A stretch of DNA of 64,000 nucleotides from an uncultured Bdellovibrionales bacterium (GTDB lineage Bacteria; Patescibacteriota; Minisyncoccia; Moranbacterales; UBA1568), in the NCBI GenBank assembly GCA_964624415.1, contig CAZUWR010000002.1:12454-76453 (forward strand). The letters run 5' to 3'. The notes beneath the pieces were generated by a model, which had not been told where the DNA came from, searched no databases, and worked only from the letters and a program-made list of their open reading frames with translations. Below are positions 57,286 to 64,000 of this stretch, piece by piece. A program made the translations under genes and the position numbers. Position 1 is the first letter of the stretch. Each line of letters opens with the position of its first letter.

Positions 57286-59922
57286 ATGAAACATGGTATC
57301 GTACCAAAAACAAAAATGGCACACAAATTAGTTGTTGTAAGTTTAATTATCTCGCAGCTCGTTTTCGCTTTTTCGATACCGAAGAATGCATATGCCGAAG
57401 TCTTCCCTTGGGATCTGGTAGCTGAGACCGCTTCTATAAATGCTGGCACAAGTGCCGCAAATACTGCAGCAGCAGCCACGGTATCTGCAGCTATTGTGAC
57501 CGCGCTTGGCTTAGGAGCTTCAGTTTTAAGCAGCTCCAATATGAATGGTGTCATGAGTGATGTGGAAAAACGATACCACATCAACACGAGCTCCGTGCAG
57601 AATCTGGGCGAGACAATGAACACTTCTTCCAATAAGGAAACCGTTCCGCAGACGAATGTTTTTTTTAATCCGACCGATCCGAAAAACGGTAAGGAGATAA
57701 CCGCACAAGCCTTTCCTATGTATTTTTCAAGTCCGAAGGAGACGCTTTATTTCACTTGGTATCTTAAGCGGAAAAATTGCGATTTGAAAAATGATAATCT
57801 GAGCGAGGAAGAAAAGGCTTGCGACCTCGATGGGAGCGGGTCCATCACTGTCAATGACTGGAAAGTAGCGGCGATGCGCAGGATTGCGACTGGAGGTTTT
57901 TCATACGATCAAGCGAATTACAGTGTCGCCAGCAACGACAATGACGAGTATAAGGCGCAATTCGGCGGTGATAAAAGCAAGAGCGGGTATTGTTTTGTGC
58001 ATAATTTCGATACAGGAATTGATTACGGTTTAGTCGATGGCGGTGACAACAACGGATGTAAACACCTGTTCCCGAAAACTCCGGGACATACGACCGGAGA
58101 CGGGTCGTCATTCGATGCTGATGCCGAGCGTTTTTGGCAGACTGATCCGCAAGATCCAAGTACGGCGCAAAATGGTAATAAGGATGAAGCAAATGTAGTT
58201 GGACTCGGACAGGATAAATTTACTTGGAGCTATGCTACCGGGGATCAAGTAGGGGTTGTGATTGAAGGACTATCTATGGTTCCGACCAAGTTCCCCGATG
58301 CTTCCATGCAGGTGATGTGGGCCTTCTCCAGAAACAAATGCACTCCTATACCGACAGGAAGATCCGTACCTGGAGCAGCTTACAATGGAGGTGCTTCACA
58401 AATTCCCACGGCGAATATGGATGTGAACGATTGTTTGAAAGATAACCTCATTGATCCGACACAAGGTGATCAAGCCGGAAAATTGGATATTCAGCTTACG
58501 AGCTCCCCGGAGAATCCGGTCATGCATTTCTTTTCGGACAGCAAACCTGATAGGCAAGGTAGTGTCGTGACGGCCCAGTCAGTCCTTTCGAATTCCGTTA
58601 CCCAAAGTTCTCGGGTATCCTATGAATGGCGCGTGTACGCTAATACCAATAAATCACAGACAGATGATACTGCCTGGGAGGATGTGACGCAAGGATTGAT
58701 TGATATGCATAATCTTTCCAATGTGAAAGGGAATGATTTAGCTGCTCTTAAAATCAATCTCAATATTGATGAAAAAACCCAAGTGAGCGGAGAGACAGTA
58801 TCAAAAAGATACTTTAAAGATGGTGTGGGTTACTTGCGTGTCAATCTGACAGCAACAGAAAATTTTGAAGCAGGCAAAAAGCGTGTAGGGAGGGCCTCAA
58901 CTATCATTAAAATGACTGAGGATCAAGCTCGTATACAGACCCATGCAGTCAACGTCGACACTTCAAATTGGAAGCTTCGGTTTGTAAATCCTAGTTTGAC
59001 GGATAATGGCCTGTTATGTGAGGATAACGCTTCTGATCGAACTATTTGCCCGGTCGTAAAGGGGCAGATTATCGGGGTGAATTTCAATCCAGATAAACTT
59101 GGATTACAGCCCAATAACGGAGCTGATATTTCCTGGACAATCAACAACCAACTCTTTCATTGTAGCAGCGCTATTTCACAGGATGGGGATTGCGCCAATG
59201 GAACGGAGAATTTTTTCCCAGTGACGGGCGATATAGGCGAGACATATAATGTGACAATGACCGCCAATAATCCGGTAACAGGAAAATCGATTACGCTCAA
59301 TCGCATGTTTTCTGTTGTTGAACCATCGCTTTTGATAGTATCGGCTGATAGTGCCAAGGTGTGGCCAAAATACCTGGGGCAGTATGTGGATGCCAGTGGA
59401 AAGACCACGGATAACTACAGTCAGGATGTGTTTGAAGCATTCGCTGGAGGGGCGTTTTCCTTAAAGGGTCTTTTTTATCCTAACGCGCTTAAAAACAGCG
59501 CCAGCGTGTCGTGGCTTCTCAATGGTGTGGCTGCAGCGCCTGATAGTGCCGGACTACTCGCTATCGACGCGGCAGCCGCTCCGGGATCAGTTTACACGGT
59601 TTCTTTGAATGGTTTATACTCCCCATCGCAGAATAGTATCAAAGCGATATCGACGATCTGGGGCATTTCAGTGGTCGGTGCCGTGGAAACGAAGCTTTCC
59701 CGTGATATCCAAGTTGAAATTATGCCAAGTGCTGATGGAATCGCTCGAGGACCGATGAGTGGTCCCAAGAAGTTTTTCGCGAGCATTATTTCGTATATTC
59801 CGACATCGATCATTTTCTTCTTCCGTTTGATCGTGACTATGGGAATGATTTTACTGACGCTTGGAGTGATATTTTCCCTTGTTCCTGAGCAAAGAAAATC
59901 CGGTCAAAATTTGAATTATTAA
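57286..59922 (+). CDS. large surface protein (beta-rich, Cys-containing, C-terminal TM anchor)
   Basis: signal peptide; FTWY/YEWR/ISWT Ig-like strand motifs; C-terminal TM helix. Confidence 0.75.
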   Translation: MKHGIVPKTKMAHKLVVVSLIISQLVFAFSIPKNAYAEVFPWDLVAETASINAGTSAANTAAAATVSAAIVTALGLGASVLSSSNMNGVMSDVEKRYHINTSSVQNLGETMNTSSNKETVPQTNVFFNPTDPKNGKEITAQAFPMYFSSPKETLYFTWYLKRKNCDLKNDNLSEEEKACDLDGSGSITVNDWKVAAMRRIATGGFSYDQANYSVASNDNDEYKAQFGGDKSKSGYCFVHNFDTGIDYGLVDGGDNNGCKHLFPKTPGHTTGDGSSFDADAERFWQTDPQDPSTAQNGNKDEANVVGLGQDKFTWSYATGDQVGVVIEGLSMVPTKFPDASMQVMWAFSRNKCTPIPTGRSVPGAAYNGGASQIPTANMDVNDCLKDNLIDPTQGDQAGKLDIQLTSSPENPVMHFFSDSKPDRQGSVVTAQSVLSNSVTQSSRVSYEWRVYANTNKSQTDDTAWEDVTQGLIDMHNLSNVKGNDLAALKINLNIDEKTQVSGETVSKRYFKDGVGYLRVNLTATENFEAGKKRVGRASTIIKMTEDQARIQTHAVNVDTSNWKLRFVNPSLTDNGLLCEDNASDRTICPVVKGQIIGVNFNPDKLGLQPNNGADISWTINNQLFHCSSAISQDGDCANGTENFFPVTGDIGETYNVTMTANNPVTGKSITLNRMFSVVEPSLLIVSADSAKVWPKYLGQYVDASGKTTDNYSQDVFEAFAGGAFSLKGLFYPNALKNSASVSWLLNGVAAAPDSAGLLAIDAAAAPGSVYTVSLNGLYSPSQNSIKAISTIWGISVVGAVETKLSRDIQVEIMPSADGIARGPMSGPKKFFASIISYIPTSIIFFFRLIVTMGMILLTLGVIFSLVPEQRKSGQNLNY

Positions 59923-59932
59923 CAGTGTCCGT

Positions 59933-60790
59933 ATGAAACTTTCTCGATTCCATACTCTTTCATTGGCCATACTTCTCTGTATGGGCGTGTTTGTGTTTAT
60001 CGGAAGCCCGGTTGCAAAGGCGGTCACAGCTCCGCAGTATACCCAATTGGAGAATATTCCGGGAGCTGAAGGGAAAAACAAGTCATTTCCCGAATACGTG
60101 ACATCCATATATAATCTCGGACTATGGTTGGTGGGTATTTCGGCTATGTTTATGCTCTCGGTCGGGGGGTTTATGTATTTGACAAGCGCTGGCAATACAT
60201 CGGCTGCCGGATCTGCCAAAGGTGTAATCAAGGATGCTCTTATCGGCCTTGTGCTCGGGCTTTTTGCATGGCTTATCCTCAATACCATCAATCCAGACCT
60301 CACGACATTGAATGTGAGCGGACTGCAAACAGGCACATCGGTAACGCCGATTCCCGGAGGGCAGGCACCATCAATACCTTCTGTAGGAGCTAGCGGACAG
60401 TATACAAACAGTGAAGCAGTAGCAGTATTGCAGTCTGCGGGAATTTCTGTAACCAGTAGCGGTAATTGCAGCGATCAGAACAATGCAAACTGTACCAGTT
60501 TGGAAGGAATACCAAAAGATGCGATTAATAAAATTATCAAACTGAAACAGAGTTGCGGATGTTCTTTCAATGTGACAGGAGGTACGGAAGTAGGTCATGC
60601 CAGCCATGGCCCAGGACTGCCCGTAATGGATGTTTCTCAAGACCAGACACTCGGTAATTACCTTAATAATAGATCGAACTTATCATCTGCAGGCATAAGT
60701 AAAATATGTGCTACATCGACATGGCAGAGAGTCTCATATAATTGCGGCGGGTATGTTGAGCAAAAACAACATTTCCATCTCGCATTTTGA
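59933..60790 (+). CDS. T4SS (TrbC/VirB2-like) pilin fused to a His-rich C-terminal domain
   Basis: GGFMYLTSAGN...AKGVIKDALIGL...ILNTINPDL; C-terminal VTGGTEVGHASH...HFH. Confidence 0.75.
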   Translation: MKLSRFHTLSLAILLCMGVFVFIGSPVAKAVTAPQYTQLENIPGAEGKNKSFPEYVTSIYNLGLWLVGISAMFMLSVGGFMYLTSAGNTSAAGSAKGVIKDALIGLVLGLFAWLILNTINPDLTTLNVSGLQTGTSVTPIPGGQAPSIPSVGASGQYTNSEAVAVLQSAGISVTSSGNCSDQNNANCTSLEGIPKDAINKIIKLKQSCGCSFNVTGGTEVGHASHGPGLPVMDVSQDQTLGNYLNNRSNLSSAGISKICATSTWQRVSYNCGGYVEQKQHFHLAF

Positions 60791-60828
60791 TTGGTGAAGA
60801 ATAGAGGTGGTTTTTATCGGCGTATTCT

Positions 60829-61968
60829 ATGAAAAAGGTATTCTTCATTTCCGCCGTCGTATTGGGTATCACGCTGCTTTTGGCAGGAGTGTACAATTTT
60901 GCGTTCCGCAACAATGTCAATAACCCATTGGCAAATGACACCGCGACCATCGAAGTGAAGAACCCGTCAATAACAGTGCCTGAAATAAAGGAAAATCCTA
61001 TCAAAGCATTGACTGATGAAAAGGCTATGAGTCCTTCGTATGATGCGCAGAGCAATAGTGTCCGGTATTTTTCTTCTCAGAAACGCGAAATAAAGAATGT
61101 TTCTCTGGATACGCAAGATGTGACCACGGTCATGCCTCTTTCTGGAGAGCCGTCTCATGCTGCGTGGTCGCCTCGCAAAAACCAAGCTTTAGCGGAGCTT
61201 AAAACAGGACAAGAAACGCGATGGTATCTTATCGATACGGATACAAAGACGGAGATACCACTGAAAAACGGTATCGAAACACCCATATGGACACAGTTGG
61301 GAGATCGCATTGTATATAAATACTATGATACCAAAACAAAAGCGCGAACCTTAAATACCGCTAATCCTGACGGGAGCGATTGGAAGGAGATTGGAGAAAG
61401 TCCTTTTAAGAATATGAGTGCTACGGTCATGCCACAGGGAGGACTGTTTGTTTTCTGGAATCAAGGTAATGCTTTCGAGGAAACATCTTTGCGTAGTGTG
61501 GCACTTGTCGGCGGTGATGTGAAAACGATGTTTTCCGGAAAATTTGGCGCTGATTATGCGTTTTCTCCTGACGGACAAAAGATACTGATGAGCTCGACCA
61601 ATAAAAAAGGTGGTACGCTGCCGATGCTGGGATTACTGCTGAATCAAGGTGCTCAGTATCAAAATCTTTTGATCCCGACACTGGTCACTAAAACCGTGTG
61701 GGCAAAGAATGGGAAGTTAGTATACTATGCTCTTCCCGGGGCGCTCCCTGAGAATGCGATTATCCCCAATGACTATTTTTCCCAGGCTATTCTAACGCAG
61801 GACACGTTTTGGAAGGTGAACCTCGAGACAGGAGAAAAAAACCGTATCGTGGAAACGAAAGACATAACTACCAGCTACGACGCCTCATCTATGATACTTA
61901 GCGATGATGAGACTATGCTTATCTTTATAAATCGTGTAGACGGAAAGCTCTACAGTATCCGTCTCTAA
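60829..61968 (+). CDS. membrane-anchored beta-propeller (TolB-like) protein
   Basis: AWSP, NPDGSD, FSPDG repeats. Confidence 0.7.
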   Translation: MKKVFFISAVVLGITLLLAGVYNFAFRNNVNNPLANDTATIEVKNPSITVPEIKENPIKALTDEKAMSPSYDAQSNSVRYFSSQKREIKNVSLDTQDVTTVMPLSGEPSHAAWSPRKNQALAELKTGQETRWYLIDTDTKTEIPLKNGIETPIWTQLGDRIVYKYYDTKTKARTLNTANPDGSDWKEIGESPFKNMSATVMPQGGLFVFWNQGNAFEETSLRSVALVGGDVKTMFSGKFGADYAFSPDGQKILMSSTNKKGGTLPMLGLLLNQGAQYQNLLIPTLVTKTVWAKNGKLVYYALPGALPENAIIPNDYFSQAILTQDTFWKVNLETGEKNRIVETKDITTSYDASSMILSDDETMLIFINRVDGKLYSIRL

Positions 61969-61992
61969 TGCTTTGCGCGGAGCATGCTTCTC

Positions 61993-62126
61993 AGTAACTG
62001 TCTAAAATATTTTCATTTTTTGCTTTTGCGTGGTGTTTTTTCGAACTGCCGGGTCAAAGACGAAAGGCGAGAAAAAATATCATCAAAAGCTAAAAAATAA
62101 GGGAAAAAAGATTTTAGACAGTTACT
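61993..62126. repeat. fold-back element with perfect 16-bp terminal inverted repeats
   Basis: AGTAACTGTCTAAAAT (61993-62008) / ATTTTAGACAGTTACT (62111-62126). Confidence 0.7.
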
Positions 62127-63357
62127 AAAGACCCAATGCCATCAAAAGCCAAAACTGATACGCGAGATCATTTTTCCAGTACGGTGTATCCAAGAGGCCG
62201 ATGAGCAAAAGAGTTATGAATATCCCGACAAGCGTCCATTTTACGGATGCTTTTTTTGGTATGTCGGTACGCGTGCAAAGTAGGCTTCGTATCCATAAGA
62301 CAATCAGTATGAGGAAGCCGATAAGCCCGATAATCCCTGTCTGGAGCCAGAAAGCAAGGTAAAGGTTATGCGGATGCGGCACGGCCCACTCAAGGTAGGG
62401 TGGGAAATAGTGTTGATAAGCAAGGTAGGTGGTCTGGAAATTGCCCGGACCGATACCAAAGAAAGGATGGTCAGAGATCATTTTCGCGGAAGACTGCCAG
62501 ATCATGATGCGCGAAGCCAATGAAGAACGGTCGCTGAGATGAATGATATCGGAAAACTTCTGTGTGTGTGCTTGGAAAAGCAAGAAGACTGTGATAAGAG
62601 CGATGTATAGAGCTCCGATTCTGATGCGTATTGCCGGCGATGATACGCTTGTAAAGAAAAGAATACCGAAAAAACCGATAAGGGAATCGATAATCACCGT
62701 ATACGAAAGCGTAAGGTAGAGCGTTACACAAAGTAATATCCATGAGGTTAGATCAATGACACCCCGAAGATTTTTTTTGTGCGAAAAGGTCTGAGTCACC
62801 CAATACCATCCAAGCAAAACTCCCGGAAAAAGAAAGAGCGCGAGATAATTCGGCGAGAGGTAAAAGGCCTTGAGGCGCCCGTCATAAGTGAGGCTGCCTC
62901 GGGAAAAAAAGAAGAGAGCCGCAATCGCGGTGAGCACCAGTGTGGCGTACCATACCATCAGTGTTTTCTGAACCACAACAGAGGGATTGTTTTGATGTAT
63001 GGTTTGAGAGGTTTCTTCCTGATGAATGGTTTGGAATACCAGCCATCCAAAGAGTGCAGGAAAGAAAAACCAGCTCTTAATAATGCCCAGTTGAACCAGG
63101 GTGAGACCATTGAGTATTGATGAAGAAATGACACCGAGAAAGATCATCGTAATTGCTATTAAAATTGACGTAGGAAGCTTTTGTATTCTCAAACCATCAG
63201 TATGACATCGTGTCCATACAAATACCGCAGAAGCGAAAATAACCATCAATTCCGGCATATATATCGGCACTCCGAGCACAAAGAAGCGCGCTCCGGCAAA
63301 AGGGAGCGTCATAATGGTCGCGAGCAGGAGATACTGAAGGATAGATTGGGGTTTCAT
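62125..63357 (-). CDS. O-antigen ligase (Wzy_C) family membrane protein
   Basis: SPNYLAL, SRIMIW, GIGPGNF, HPHNLYL, DTPYWKND. Confidence 0.88.
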   Translation of the reverse strand: MKPQSILQYLLLATIMTLPFAGARFFVLGVPIYMPELMVIFASAVFVWTRCHTDGLRIQKLPTSILIAITMIFLGVISSSILNGLTLVQLGIIKSWFFFPALFGWLVFQTIHQEETSQTIHQNNPSVVVQKTLMVWYATLVLTAIAALFFFSRGSLTYDGRLKAFYLSPNYLALFLFPGVLLGWYWVTQTFSHKKNLRGVIDLTSWILLCVTLYLTLSYTVIIDSLIGFFGILFFTSVSSPAIRIRIGALYIALITVFLLFQAHTQKFSDIIHLSDRSSLASRIMIWQSSAKMISDHPFFGIGPGNFQTTYLAYQHYFPPYLEWAVPHPHNLYLAFWLQTGIIGLIGFLILIVLWIRSLLCTRTDIPKKASVKWTLVGIFITLLLIGLLDTPYWKNDLAYQFWLLMALGL

Positions 63358-63473
63358 AGCGATTTTAGAATAGCATTTTTTCCATTTTAGACATAGGAAT
63401 CAGTGTTATGTACTATATTTTATTTTTTGGTGAGTATGTTACTATGGATGGGTACTAAATCTTTAAAGAAAGC

Positions 63474-63821
63474 ATGAATATGGCACTTTCAATTCAAGGT
63501 ATGACCGAGGATGTCCTCCGTATTTTTAGCAAGTACACATCCACAGGAACAAATCCTTGGGATTACAAGGTAGCTGCTTTTGATTTGCAGTATCAACTCG
63601 GTAATCTTTCGAAACGTATTTCTCAGCTCGATAACAATCGGTATAACGAAGGTTTATCTCCGGAGAAAATAAAGGCATGTATCGCCGATGAAATTGCGGA
63701 TATTATGGCGGAAGCGCTCTTTATCGCCCATGAGCTCGATATCGATGTCGAAAAAGGATGGCGTGCAATGATCACAAGCGATGAGACAAAAATCAAAAAT
63801 CGTCAAAGTGATTCTGAGTGA
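63474..63821 (+). CDS. MazG-like nucleotide pyrophosphohydrolase fold protein
   Basis: IADEIADIM...IAHELDIDVE. Confidence 0.6.
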   Translation: MNMALSIQGMTEDVLRIFSKYTSTGTNPWDYKVAAFDLQYQLGNLSKRISQLDNNRYNEGLSPEKIKACIADEIADIMAEALFIAHELDIDVEKGWRAMITSDETKIKNRQSDSE

Positions 63822-64000
63822 TAGTATGTTTCAGTAAAATAAAACATGACATCCTTTGTTTTATCAGGTTATTTTTGTGAGATTTTTACAGCGCGGAGGG
63901 AAATAAGGAAAAGCAAAAGAGGGACGATATGCACGGAGTAGAGCGGAGTTTCGACGAGGGAGTGCGCGGTGAAAATAATGAGGGATATGGCTGGCCAGAG

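Noticed and set aside
13396-63390. Numerous short ORF-track entries overlapping longer genes (antisense or alternate frame, e.g. 13731-14438, 26697-27308, 47568-48215)
   Set aside because: Shadow ORFs of well-supported genes with no recognisable motifs

Overview
Chromosomal segment of a probable Patescibacteria/CPR (Parcubacteria-like) bacterium; the taxon is inferred from gene content. Bases ~1-12,400 are an AT-rich mobile/defence island. It holds a replication-type module (P-loop ATPase, DUF5659-like protein), a 1259-aa nuclease-like giant protein, a phage terminase remnant, a DUF4238 protein and a compact reverse-transcriptase system. That system reads, on the minus strand: consensus sigma70 promoter, ~370-nt structured ncRNA, an unannotated 24-aa amphipathic peptide whose ribosome-binding site can be locked in a 15-bp helix, XRE-HTH, divergent retron-like RT. 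Island cassettes are delimited by four copies of a 21-bp terminase-derived motif (I/V-G-W-F-W-F/L-D). The rest is core genome: Hsp20 with CIRCE, gyrA, rpsA, gmk, tilS, ftsH, rpsO, pnp, comM, rsmA, pcrA, xerC/D, five tRNAs and a CPR T4SS-like cluster. Also seen: four parS sites inside an O-antigen-ligase-like CDS, a DnaA-box cluster with an apparent GC-skew flip (probable oriC, no dnaA in the window), a ~600-nt promoter-to-terminator structured non-coding transcript beside it, and several fold-back/MITE-like elements. All calls were made by eye, without database searches or folding software.
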